A stretch of 64,000 nucleotides of DNA from Alphaproteobacteria bacterium. GTDB lineage: Bacteria; Pseudomonadota; Alphaproteobacteria; UBA828. The stretch is from positions 1,472,001 to 1,536,000 of the forward strand of contig CBDEFM010000002.1 of assembly GCA_965237415.1 (NCBI GenBank), given 5' to 3'. The notes under the pieces are model-generated. The model ran no database searches and was not told the DNA's origin. It worked only from the letters and a program-made list of their open reading frames with translations. Within the stretch, counting starts at the first letter, position 1; every line of letters begins with the position of its first letter. This document shows positions 38,998-48,652 of this stretch, piece after piece. The position numbers were made by a program, and so were the translations under genes.

Positions 38998-39797
38998 GGC
39001 GCGGTCGCTCCCCGCGCGGGCCCGCCTTCGCCGGCGGCAGTGTCGTCTCCGCGCCCGCCGAGGAACATCGTGCCCACTGCAGGGTCCGCGAGAAGCGCAG
39101 CGCCGCTGCCGTCCAGGCGGTTGCGCCCGTCGACGAGGACGTAGCCGCGATCGGCGATGCCGAGGGCCTGGCGCGCGTTCTGCTCCACCATGAGGACGGG
39201 GACGCCGCGCGCGTTGATCTCCCGCACCACGCGGAAGATGTCGCGGCGGAAGCGCGGCGAGAGCCCCGCGGTCGGTTCGTCGAGGAGGAGGACGACCGGC
39301 TCCACCATGAGCGCCTTGGCTATCGCCACCATCTGGCGCTGGCCCCCCGAGAGGTTTCCGGCGGGGGTGCGCCGCCGCTCCGCGAGCGGCGGAAAGAGCT
39401 CGTACATCTCCTGCATGCGGGGGCGGAAGTCGTCGCGGCGGATGTAGGCCCCCATTTCCAGGTTCTCGTTCACGCTGAGGTTGGGGAACACGTTGGCGGT
39501 CTGGGGGACGTAGCACACGCCCTGGCGCACCACCCGGTCAGGGGCGGTACCGGTGATGTCCCGGCCGCGCAGGCTCACCCGCCCGCCCGCGAGCTCGAGG
39601 CGACCGAGCACCGCGTTCATCACCGTGGACTTGCCCGCCCCGTTGGGGCCGACGAGCACGACGATCTCGCCCGGACCGACGCTGATCGATACCTCGTGAA
39701 TGATCTCGGCCCCGCCGTAGCCCCCGGTCACGCGTTCGAGCGCGAGGACCGGCGTTCCCGCCCCTTCGTGCGGCGTTCCGGCGCATGCGTCGCTCAC
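38994..39797 (-). CDS. Liv-type ABC ATPase (LivF-like)
   Basis: GPNGAGKST, LSGGQRQM, LDEPTAGLSP, VEQNA. Confidence 0.92.
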   Translation of the reverse strand: MSDACAGTPHEGAGTPVLALERVTGGYGGAEIIHEVSISVGPGEIVVLVGPNGAGKSTVMNAVLGRLELAGGRVSLRGRDITGTAPDRVVRQGVCYVPQTANVFPNLSVNENLEMGAYIRRDDFRPRMQEMYELFPPLAERRRTPAGNLSGGQRQMVAIAKALMVEPVVLLLDEPTAGLSPRFRRDIFRVVREINARGVPVLMVEQNARQALGIADRGYVLVDGRNRLDGSGAALLADPAVGTMFLGGRGDDTAAGEGGPARGATAP

Positions 39798-40690
39798 GGA
39801 ACGTCTCCTCCCCCATCCGCTCCCGCCCCGCCGATGCCGTGCTCTCTTTCCCCTCCCGCCGCGGGTTCGGGGCCGGCACGACCCTCGTCCTCATCTCCGC
39901 CAAGGTAGGCGTCGAGCACCCGCGGGTCCCGGCGCACCTGCTCCATGGGGCCGTCGGTGAGGACCGCGCCCTGCGAGAGCACGATGACCCGCTCGCACAG
40001 GGAAGCGATGAAGTCCATGTCGTGCTCGATGACGACGAAGGTGTAGCCGCGCTCGCGGTTGAGCTCCAGGATCATCTCCCGGAGGCGGACGAGCAGGGTC
40101 GGGTTGACCCCCGCTCCCGGCTCGTCGAGGAGCACGAGCCGGGGCGAGGTCATCATCGCCCGTCCGAGCTCGAGCAGCTTCTTCTGGCCGCCCGAGAGGT
40201 TCATCGCGAGCTCGTCGCGCAGATCCCACAGGGTGAGGAAGCGGAGCGCGTCCTCCGCCCTTTCGCGCACCTCGCGTTCGCGCCGGGCGACCGCGCCCGG
40301 CGCGAGCCACACCGGCCACAGGCGTTCTCCGGGCTGGGCGGCGGGCACCGCCATCAGGTTCTCGAGCACCGTGAGGCGGCCGAACTCGTGCGGTATCTGG
40401 AAGGTGCGCACGATGCCCCGGTGGAAGAGCCGGTGAGTCGGGAGGCCGGTGATGTCCTCGCCGTCGAAGAGGATCCGGCCCGCGCTGGGGGTCAGCGCCC
40501 CCGCCACCATACTGAAGATGGTGGTCTTGCCCGCGCCGTTCGGCCCGATCATTCCGGTGATGCGGCCCGCCTCGATCGTGAAGGAGCAGCGGTCCACCGC
40601 GGTCAGGCCGCCGAAGCGGCGGGTCAGGCCTTCGAGCGCGAGGATCGGCTCCGGCGAGCGGCCGGGTTCGGGCTGCGGGGCGGCGTTCAT
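39794..40690 (-). CDS. Liv-type ABC ATPase (LivG-like)
   Basis: FGGLTAVD, GPNGAGKTT, RTFQ, LSGGQKK, IEHDMD, DPRVLDAYLG. Confidence 0.92.
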   Translation of the reverse strand: MNAAPQPEPGRSPEPILALEGLTRRFGGLTAVDRCSFTIEAGRITGMIGPNGAGKTTIFSMVAGALTPSAGRILFDGEDITGLPTHRLFHRGIVRTFQIPHEFGRLTVLENLMAVPAAQPGERLWPVWLAPGAVARREREVRERAEDALRFLTLWDLRDELAMNLSGGQKKLLELGRAMMTSPRLVLLDEPGAGVNPTLLVRLREMILELNRERGYTFVVIEHDMDFIASLCERVIVLSQGAVLTDGPMEQVRRDPRVLDAYLGGDEDEGRAGPEPAAGGEREHGIGGAGADGGGDVP

Positions 40691-40873
40691 GACGAGGCCA
40701 ATGGTAGCCTGCCTGCTTCAATGGGTGCGCCAAGAAAAATTTTCTGAAACGACAACGCCTGGGTACCCCCCCTTGGGGCTACAATGGTCGGGACGAGCCG
40801 GTGCGACGCGCGGCGAGGGGGGTTGCGTTGAACGACGAGTCGAGCCTGCATGCGGTCCGGGAATCCGGAGCGC

Positions 40874-42005
40874 ATGGTGGGGCGACGCGGAGTCCGCTCC
40901 GGGCGGAACGGCACGGGCCGAGCTGCTCCTGCCGAGTCGCGACCTGCACGCGGATCTCGCCTTCTTCCGCGAACGGCTCGGCTTCCGTCTCGATTCAATC
41001 TTTCCCGCCGACGACCCCGCGCAGGCGGTGCTGTCGGGCCACGGTGTGCGCATCCGGCTCGAACGCGACGCCGCCGAGGCCCCCGGCGCGATCCGGCTCC
41101 ACTGCGAGGACCCGGGCGCATTCGGAAATGGCGTGCAGGACCTCCACGCCCCCAACGGCACCCGCATCGAGCTCCGAGACCTCCATCCCCGCCTGCGGCG
41201 CCCGCCCACCCGCCACGCTCTGGTGGTGCAGCGCCAGGGCGCGATGGGCGGCGCGTGGGTGGTCGGCCGCGCCGGCATGCATTACCGGGACCTCATTCCG
41301 GGGCGCCTCGGCGGGGCGATCATCGCCTCGCACATCCGCATCCCGAAGGCGGGACCGGTCCCCGACGATGTGCACTACCACATCGCGGCGTTCCAGCTCA
41401 TCTTCTGCTACCGGGGCTGGGTGGACCTCGTGTACGAGGACCAGGGCCCGCCCTTCCGCCTCGAAGCCGGGGACTGTCTCATTCAGCCCCCGCAGATCCG
41501 CCACCGGGTGCTCGAGTCCTCCGCCGGCCTGGAAGTGATCGAGATTGCGGTGCCGGCGGAGCACCTCACCGCGCTCGACCACACGCTGGAGCTCCCCACC
41601 GGCCACCTGCGTCCGCATCGCGACTTCGGCGGCCAGCGCTTCTGCCGCCACACGGCGCGCGACGCGGTCTGGAACCCGGCCCGCCTTCCCGGGTTTTCCG
41701 CCTGCGACAGCGGAATCGCCGTCGCCACCGGCGGGGTGGCGAGCGCGCAGGTCGCGAGACGCACCGACGGCGGCAGCGACGCTGCGGAAACCAGCCATGA
41801 CGCGGACATCCTCTTCATCTTTGTCCTGGAAGGCGGAATGACATTGCGCGTGCCGGAGCGCGAGACCTGCGAGCTTCGGGCCGGAGACGCCTTCGTGCTG
41901 CCGCCGGGGCTTCGCAGCGCCTATGAGCGCTGCACGGACGACCTCGAGCTGCTGGAGGTGTCCCTGCCCGGCGCCTTCGTAACGACCATCCACCGGAGCC
42001 CGTGA
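40874..42005 (+). CDS. VOC + bicupin protein; likely start ATG 40874 is one base out of frame
   Basis: FFRERLGFRLDSIFPADDP, GRAGMHYRDLIP, VHYH..FQLIFC.GWV, QPPQIRHRV. RBS GGAG and ATG at 40874 need one G removed from GTGGGGC to join the frame. Confidence 0.75.
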
Positions 42006-42069
42006 TGGTGAATTCCGGCGCTCACGACCACGACGCCCTCCCCGCCCGCGACGCCCGCCGCCCCCGCCG

Positions 42070-43263
42070 ATGACCGACTTCGCGCGCACCAAGTCCCTCT
42101 TCCACCTCCCGGAAGGGGTCGTCTATCTCGACGGCAACTCGCTCGGCCCCCTGCCGCTCGCGGCGCGCGATCGCGTCGCCCGCCTGCTCAGCGACGAGTG
42201 GGGCGAGATGCTGATCCGGGGCTGGAACGAGGCGGGCTGGATGGACGCACCGGCGCGCATCGGCGACCGGGTCGGCTGCCTCATCGGCGCTGCGCCCGGC
42301 ACGGTGGTGATGGGCGACACGCTTTCCATCAAGGTGTACCAGGCGCTCGCCGCCGCGCTCGAGCTCCGGCCCGGGCGGCAGGTCGTCCTCTCCGACTACG
42401 GTAACTTCCCTTCCGACCTCCACATGGCCAAGGGCCTCATGCACTCCCTCGGCCGCGGCCACGAGCTGCGTCTGGTGGCGCCGGAAGCAGTCGCCGAGGC
42501 CCTGGACGAGAGTGTCGCGGTGCTGATGCTGACCGAGGTGGACTACCGCACCGGGCGCCTTCACGACATGGCGGGCCTGACGCGAGCCGCGCACGCGGCC
42601 GGCGCGCTCACGGTATGGGACCTCTCGCATTCCGCGGGCGCGCTCCCCATCGACCTCGAAGCGGCCGGGGCCGACTTCGCGGTCGGCAGCACCTACAAGT
42701 TCCTGAACGGTGGACCCGGCGCGCCTGCCTTTATCTACGTCGCCTCCCGGCACATCGAGCGGGTGCGGCCCGCCCTCTCCGGGTGGCTCGGCCACGAAGC
42801 CCCCTTCGCCTTCGACCTCGACTACCGCCCCGCCCCCGGCATCGCCCGCATGCGGATAGGCACGCCGTCCATACTCGGCCTCGCCGCCCTCGACGCCGCC
42901 CTCGACGCCTGGGAGGGGGTGTCGATCGAAGACGTGAGGGCGCAATCGGTGGAGCTCTCCGAGCTCTTCATCAGGGAAGTCGAGCGGCGCTGCCCGGAGC
43001 TCGAGCTGGTGAGCCCCCGGAGCGCGCTCGAGCGGGGCTCGCAGGTATCGTTGCGCTTCGCGGGCGCCTATCCCTTCATGCAGGCGCTCATCGACCGGGG
43101 CGTCATCGGAGACTTTCGCCCCCCGGACGTGATGCGCTTCGGGATCGCTCCGCTCTATCTCGACGCCGGCGACATCGTTCGGGCCGCCGGCGTTATGGAG
43201 GACGTGCTTGCGGAACGGAGCTGGGACCGGCCGCGGTATCGCCAGTTGAAGGCGGTGACCTGA
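42070..43263 (+). CDS. kynU: Kynureninase
   Basis: YLDGNSLGPLP, FPSDLH, WDLSHSAGA, PLP lysine in STYKFLNGGPG, GWLGH, RGSQVS, GDFRPPD. Confidence 0.94.
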   Translation: MTDFARTKSLFHLPEGVVYLDGNSLGPLPLAARDRVARLLSDEWGEMLIRGWNEAGWMDAPARIGDRVGCLIGAAPGTVVMGDTLSIKVYQALAAALELRPGRQVVLSDYGNFPSDLHMAKGLMHSLGRGHELRLVAPEAVAEALDESVAVLMLTEVDYRTGRLHDMAGLTRAAHAAGALTVWDLSHSAGALPIDLEAAGADFAVGSTYKFLNGGPGAPAFIYVASRHIERVRPALSGWLGHEAPFAFDLDYRPAPGIARMRIGTPSILGLAALDAALDAWEGVSIEDVRAQSVELSELFIREVERRCPELELVSPRSALERGSQVSLRFAGAYPFMQALIDRGVIGDFRPPDVMRFGIAPLYLDAGDIVRAAGVMEDVLAERSWDRPRYRQLKAVT

Positions 43264-43670
43264 CGAGGCCCGCCGGCTACGGGTCCGTTTTCTTTTCGGG
43301 CTGTTCGTGTTGGCCATGACCCCGCGGCGGGTAGGGACCCGCCCAACCTATTGGTGCCACGCAACTTTTTCCCATATCACGCCGCAGCCAGTGTGGCGCT
43401 TACAAACCGGCCGCAAGCAGTTCGTATGCGCCGCAAATCCAATGCGTGCGCGTCCCTGACTGTCGAAATCTTATGTGGTGGCATCCGAAACGGCATTCGC
43501 AGTTGAGCGTTCGGTCGCGGGGTGATGGCTGAACCCTCAGAGGCGTCCCGACGGCAAGTGAGATCGTCGACTGGGCCAGCGCCCACCCATTCCTATTGTC
43601 AGACGTACGTGACCACCTCGCTGAGCGGCTTTCGCCCGATGTCGGGCACCTGACGCAGCAGGCTGCCGGT

Positions 43671-43697
43671 CTATGACACGGATGCGCACGAGTGCGC
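43671..43697 (-). mobile_element. Candidate MOB-F oriT nic region
   Basis: Minus strand GCGCAC-TC-GTGCGC-ATCCGTGTC-ATAG resembles the R388 nic hairpin GCGCACCGAAAGGTGCGTATTGTCT/ATAG; lies upstream of an RHH gene. Confidence 0.45.
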
Positions 43698-43806
43698 GGG
43701 GCAAACCTTCCACTATGACAAATCCCACGAATTCACAGCCCTGACGTGCCGGGAAAAGTGCGTCCACTTTGGACGCTCACCTTGTCGCGGAGTTACACGC
43801 CAGCAA

Positions 43807-43819
43807 TATCAATGCATTA
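43807..43819 (+). promoter_or_regulatory. IHF consensus site
   Basis: TATCAATGCATTA matches WATCAANNNNTTR exactly. Confidence 0.55.
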
Positions 43820-43881
43820 GGAGAAATTGGAGCGTCTCACGGACCGCCTCCGCCTGAGATGGAAAATAGCCATTCCATGAC

Positions 43882-43945
43882 GAGCGCCCAGAATGGGCGC
43901 TCCTGAACTTGTGACACGGGATGACAGCGCCCATTCTGGGCGCTC
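43882..43945. repeat. Two mutually inverted hairpins (20-21 bp)
   Basis: GAGCGCCCA-GAA-TGGGCGCTC (43882-43902) and AGCGCCCA-TTC-TGGGCGCTC (43926-43945). Confidence 0.85.
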
Positions 43946-44085
43946 CCCAAATCGTGCGTCATGGGGCGATCGATGGCGGTGCACGGCCATGCACCCTCGC
44001 TAAATCGGAGCCGGTCTTGCGAACATGGCGCGCGAAAAGGCTGCTGCCTCGTGCGCCGAAGACCAGGAGATGGAGGTGATGTGGC

Positions 44086-44382
44086 ATGGCGAGGACCATA
44101 GACAGGCACATACGGGTCGAACCCGAGCAGTGGAATCGCATCGAAGCAGCAGCATCCGAGCGTCGCGTAACGGCTAACCAGCTCGTCGTCAAGCTCGCCA
44201 TGGAGGCTCTCGACCGCCGCGAATGGCCGCGGACCGATCTCGAAATCCTCATGTAGCGCTCGTGCGTGTTCACTGCCCAGGCCATCGCGCGCGACATGAT
44301 CGCTGCCGGGCGGGAGAACGAGATCAAGGATATCGAGCGGGCCATCTCCACAGTCGCCCCGGGTCAGCCCGGGGACCTGTGA
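44086..44382 (+). pseudogene. Ribbon-helix-helix (TrwA/MobC-like) protein with an internal amber stop
   Basis: RBS GGAGGTG; MARTIDRHIRVEPEQWNRIEAAASERRVTANQLVVKLAMEALD...LM*RSCVFTAQAIARDMIAAG...DL. TAG at 44254-44256; the frame continues to TGA at 44380-44382. Confidence 0.7.
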
Positions 44383-44472
44383 CGCCGGCACCGGATGCCC
44401 GCGGACTCGGCAGCAGCCGCAACCGACAACGCGCGGCTTTCTCCTTAAATCCCGGTCATTGCGGAGTGAGTC

Positions 44473-45249
44473 ATGGCGACAAATGAGCAATCGCAGAGCC
44501 TGGCGGTCCTGATCGATGCCGACAACACCAGCGCACGCTATGCTCAGGCGATCTTCGAGGAGATCGTCAAGCTAGGCGCAGCCAACGTCCGGCGTATTTA
44601 TGGCGACTTCTCCGGGGCTCGTCTCGGCGGATGGGACAAGGCCATCCAGTCGCTGGCGATCCTGCAGCATCAGCAGCGCAGCAACACCACGGGCAAGAAC
44701 GCCGCCGACATCGCGCTGGTGATCGACGCCATGGACCTCATGCACAAGGGCAAGCTCGACGGCTTCTGCCTCATCAGTTCGGACAGCGACTTCACCCGGC
44801 TCGCACAGCGGCTGCGGGAGGACGGGCTCGTGGTCTACGGCTTCGGCGAGCGCAAGACGCCGGAGGCGTTCCGTAGCGCCTGCAATCGGTTCTTCTATGT
44901 CGACAATCTGATCGAGACGGGAGCGGAGAGGGAGAGCGGCACGACCCCCGCAGCCCCGGCGGCGGCAAAGAAGGCATCTCCATCGAAGGCCGTGAAGATT
45001 ATCGCCAAGGCAATGGAGGAATCGGACGACGACGATGGCTGGGCGAACCTTGGCGGCATCGGCAGCCGGATACTGGGGACCTCGCCGGATTTCGATCCGC
45101 GCACCTACGGTTGTCCCAACCTGAGCACTCTGGCCACAAAGTCCGGCGGATTCGAACTGCGCAAGGGGCCGGGCACCGCGGTTCATATCCGCCGCAAGGT
45201 TTCAGGCCGTGGAGCGCCGGGCAAATCACGCGTTGGCAAGACCAAGTGA
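44473..45249 (+). CDS. NYN (LabA/DUF88) domain protein with C-terminal OST-HTH/LOTUS
   Basis: LAVLIDADN, RRIYGD, GKNAADIALVIDAMD, SSDSDFTRL, GWANLG..G..PDFDPRTYG. Confidence 0.92.
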   Translation: MATNEQSQSLAVLIDADNTSARYAQAIFEEIVKLGAANVRRIYGDFSGARLGGWDKAIQSLAILQHQQRSNTTGKNAADIALVIDAMDLMHKGKLDGFCLISSDSDFTRLAQRLREDGLVVYGFGERKTPEAFRSACNRFFYVDNLIETGAERESGTTPAAPAAAKKASPSKAVKIIAKAMEESDDDDGWANLGGIGSRILGTSPDFDPRTYGCPNLSTLATKSGGFELRKGPGTAVHIRRKVSGRGAPGKSRVGKTK

Positions 45250-45451
45250 AACACGGCCTGTATTGGGCGCGGGCGACGGCGACGGCGAGATGCGTCTTGC
45301 CGGTGGATCGAATAACGGGGCCGACATCGACCGATTTCTTCCTGACACATAACTCTTCACGTTAGCCGTGGCATGCGATGATTGCCCTCGAAACGAGCGG
45401 GTTCCATAGTGTCGTGGCGGCGAGGAAGCGCCGGACGAGTGCGGGGAGACT

Positions 45452-45826
45452 ATGACGACGTCAAACGAAACATACGAAAAGGGACTTCAGATCCGGCGCG
45501 AGGTGATCGGTGCGGACTACGTTGACGAGCAGAGCGCCGACGACTTCAGCCGGGAATACCGCGATATCGTCAACGAGCAATTCTGGGGTGCTGTCTGGGG
45601 TCGCCCCGGTTTGAGCCGGAAGCAGCGCGTCCTCATCAGCCTCGGCATGCTCGCGGCGCTCAAGCGGGATCTCGAGTTCGAGTTGCACCTCACGCATGCG
45701 CTCGACAACGGCGTATCCCCTGAGGAGATCAAGGAACCCCTGATTCATATCGGCGCCTATTGCGGCGCGCCGACAGGCGCGGCGATGTTTCGTATCGCAG
45801 GACGCATCATCGGCGAACGGAAATAG
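45452..45826 (+). CDS. Carboxymuconolactone decarboxylase family protein (PcaC-like)
   Basis: YEKGLQIRREVIG, WGAVWGRPGL, EEIKE, YCGAP. Confidence 0.88.
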   Translation: MTTSNETYEKGLQIRREVIGADYVDEQSADDFSREYRDIVNEQFWGAVWGRPGLSRKQRVLISLGMLAALKRDLEFELHLTHALDNGVSPEEIKEPLIHIGAYCGAPTGAAMFRIAGRIIGERK

Positions 45827-45911
45827 CCGGAGACGGACCGATCGCCGCCCTTAGGCTTGGCGGACGACGGCTATTCGCTCCGGCCGTATAAGGGAGACGC
45901 CGGCGTCCATA

Positions 45912-48146
45912 GTGCTTGGACTCGCTTCGGAGCTGCGCGCCGACGCCGCGTCGGCCAAGCTCCCGGCCGCGCTCTCCACCGGCCTTGTGATCGCCGTGCT
46001 GATGGTGGTCGTTCAGACCTCTGTCGCCGCCATCATATTCTCAGGCCCCTTGGCCCCCTTCGTCAGCCAGGGTACGGGAGCGATACTCTTCGGCGCATTC
46101 GCCATGTGCCTGATCGTCGCTCTATCGGGCACCTACAAGGGCACCATATCCGTACCCCACTTCGCGCCGGCGGCGGCGCTGTTCGGGGTGGGGGGCGGGG
46201 TGGCGGCGAGCATGACGGCAGCGCCGCAAGAGGCGGTGTTCGCGACCATGGTTGTGATCATCGCACTCTCGGCCCTGACGACCGCGCTCTTGTTCGGGCT
46301 CGTCGGGTGGTTCCGCTTGGCCAACCTGTCCCGCTTCATGCCCTATCCCCTGGTCGGCGGATTTCTTGGGGGATTGGGTTGGTTCCTTGTCCTGAGCGGC
46401 GTCTCCATCACGTGCGGAATCACGCTGAATTGGGAGACGTTTCCCGAACTGCTCGAGTCCGACATGGTCTGGAGGTGGGGACCCAGCCTGGCCTTTGCCC
46501 TTGCGCTGCTGGTGGTCACGAAGCTCAGGCCCCACTATCTCATCCTGCCTGCATCGGTGGTGCTCGCCGTCGGACTGTGTCACGCGGTGCTCTTCTTGTT
46601 TGGAATCTCCGTGGAAGAGGCCCGCGCGGCCGGCATTCTGTTCGTCGGCCTGCCGGCGGACGCCTCTTGGCCGCCCCTTCAACCCGGCGACCTCGGTCAT
46701 GTGAACTGGGGTGTCGTGGCGTCCCAGTTCCCTGGCATCCTGGGTGTGACCCTCATTGCCTTGATGTGCATCGTGCTGAACGCGGGCGCGCTGGAACTGG
46801 GCAGTGGCGCTGAGCTCGACATGAACAGGGAGTTTCGGGTCGAGGGCGCTGCCAACCTGGTTGCCGGCTTGGGCGGAAGCGCCCCCGGCTGCAACTCGGC
46901 CGTCATGTCCCTGGTGAGCCATGCGACCGGTGCTGAAACGCGCCTTACCGGGGTCGTCACGGCTTTCGCGCTGGGCGTGGTGCTGTTTTTCGGCGGCGAC
47001 GCGCTGGCGATACTGCCAAAGCCGCTGCTCGGCGGTCTGGTGCTGTTCCTCGGGCTCGGCCTGCTGAACGACTGGCTGGTGGCAAGCCGCAAGACACTGC
47101 CTTGGACGGACTACGCCATCGTCCTTGTCGTCTCCATCGTCATCGGCGTCTTCGGGTTTCTCGAAGGTGTGGCCGTGGGGCTGGTGGCGGCGGTGATCTT
47201 CTTCGTGGTGCGTTTCAGCGGGGTGGATGTGATCGGCGCCTCGTTCACGGCCCGCGATCGTCAGAGCAAGAGAGCCCGCTCCGCGACCCACCGCGCCATT
47301 CTTCGACACCACGGCGAGCGCGTGCGCGCTTACAGGCTGCGCGGTTACATCATCTTCGGCAACGCCTCCCCCATGGGGCATCGTCTCAAGCAGGCCCTCA
47401 GTGCCGACCCGGCCCCGCTGTGCCTGCTGCTGGACTTCGCCGCGGTCTCCGGCTTCGATGTTTCGGCCGCGAATATCGTTTTCCGCTCCGTCCGGACGGC
47501 GGGCGCCCAGGGGACGCACATTGTCCTGAGCGCAGTGGCGGAGCATGTCCGTTCAATCCTGCGGCGCGGCCTCCCCGAGGGCGAGTGGCGTAGTCTGATC
47601 TTCGAAGAGGACCTCGACCGTGGCCTGGAGCGGTGCGAGGACCTCGTCATCGCCGAGTGGGATCGGGTGCACGCCGGGTCGGACGACGCGAGGGACGTCT
47701 TGTTCGGTCTTTCCATCGATCACGCGTTGCGCGAAGTGGAGAGGCAGGCCCGTTTCGAGGCCCTGACGGAACGGCTCAAGCCTTGGCTACAGAGTCGCGC
47801 GTATGAGGCCGGCGAAACCATCGTGGCGCGAGGCGAGGAGCAGGAGGGCATACAGTTTCTGACCCAGGGCCGGGCCATGGCGCGCGAGGAGGACGCCGGG
47901 GCGCGAATGGACGAGTACGGCCCCGGCGATGCATTGGCGGCCGAGGCTGCTTTCGCAGATCATGCGGCCGAGATGACGGTCTTGGCGGTTGAGCCTTGCC
48001 GGACCGCGCTGATGACGCCGTCTGCCCGCCGATCGCTGGAGCGGGACAACCTTGGGCTGACCGTGGAACTGGACAGATATCTCATCGAGACGATCCTGGA
48101 GTATCGGGCAAGGCTGCTGTCCGTCGCGCCGAACGCGCCCGAATAG
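45912..48146 (+). CDS. SulP family anion transporter with STAS and cNMP-binding domains
   Basis: TM domain with RFMPYPLVGGFLGG, DMNREF..GAAN; STAS LRGYIIFG, LLDFAAVSGFD; cNMP-like YEAGETIVARGE. Confidence 0.88.
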   Translation: MLGLASELRADAASAKLPAALSTGLVIAVLMVVVQTSVAAIIFSGPLAPFVSQGTGAILFGAFAMCLIVALSGTYKGTISVPHFAPAAALFGVGGGVAASMTAAPQEAVFATMVVIIALSALTTALLFGLVGWFRLANLSRFMPYPLVGGFLGGLGWFLVLSGVSITCGITLNWETFPELLESDMVWRWGPSLAFALALLVVTKLRPHYLILPASVVLAVGLCHAVLFLFGISVEEARAAGILFVGLPADASWPPLQPGDLGHVNWGVVASQFPGILGVTLIALMCIVLNAGALELGSGAELDMNREFRVEGAANLVAGLGGSAPGCNSAVMSLVSHATGAETRLTGVVTAFALGVVLFFGGDALAILPKPLLGGLVLFLGLGLLNDWLVASRKTLPWTDYAIVLVVSIVIGVFGFLEGVAVGLVAAVIFFVVRFSGVDVIGASFTARDRQSKRARSATHRAILRHHGERVRAYRLRGYIIFGNASPMGHRLKQALSADPAPLCLLLDFAAVSGFDVSAANIVFRSVRTAGAQGTHIVLSAVAEHVRSILRRGLPEGEWRSLIFEEDLDRGLERCEDLVIAEWDRVHAGSDDARDVLFGLSIDHALREVERQARFEALTERLKPWLQSRAYEAGETIVARGEEQEGIQFLTQGRAMAREEDAGARMDEYGPGDALAAEAAFADHAAEMTVLAVEPCRTALMTPSARRSLERDNLGLTVELDRYLIETILEYRARLLSVAPNAPE

Positions 48147-48405
48147 GGCGACTTCGTTGGTGCTTGGCGTCGCGGAGAAGTGGCGACCAGGCATCTCTTT
48201 CCGGTCTTCGATAGCCACGGCCTGCCGGAGAGCCACGGCAAGATTTCGCGCTACAGACCGGCCGCGATCACCGCCAGGGGTGAGCCGGCAATGTGCCGAT
48301 GACCGCTCCCTGCACGACGAAGCCGCTCCCCATGGCGACGAGCGGCCCGGCAATAGCCCCTTCATTGTCTCTTGGCCCTTGCATCCGGGTGCAGTGTCTT
48401 TGCCC

Positions 48406-48652
48406 TGGAGTGGGCCCCCTGGGTCGGACAGGCGGACTGAAATGATTTGACCGGTGCGTCGGGCATTCGAAGGATCGACGCCCATAGCACCGCACCGCAC
48501 CGACAGCATCGCCTTCAAGCGCCAGGTCGTTCAGGAATATCTAGCGGGCGAGACCCTCCACGATCTGGCACGTCGCCACGACCTCTCCCGCACCCTGATC
48601 CGGCTCTGGGTCGACAAGTACGAGGCCGGCACCTTCGACGAGGACGCCGAGG
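48406..48652 (+). mobile_element. IS3-family remnant (left end plus partial orfA)
   Basis: IRL-like TGGAGTGGGCCCCCTGGGTCGGACAG; OrfA HTH SIAFKRQVVQEYLAGETLHDLARRHDLSRTLIRLWVDKYEAG; no intact start and no orfB. Confidence 0.75.

Noticed and set aside
43830-43856. tRNA gene or tRNA-derived att site (…CCTCCGCC)
   Set aside because: Too short, no T-loop GTTCGA, no partner repeat and no integrase in the window.
44254-44256. Pyrrolysine or stop-codon reassignment
   Set aside because: TAG terminates many intact genes in this window and no pyl genes are seen; a nonsense mutation is simpler.
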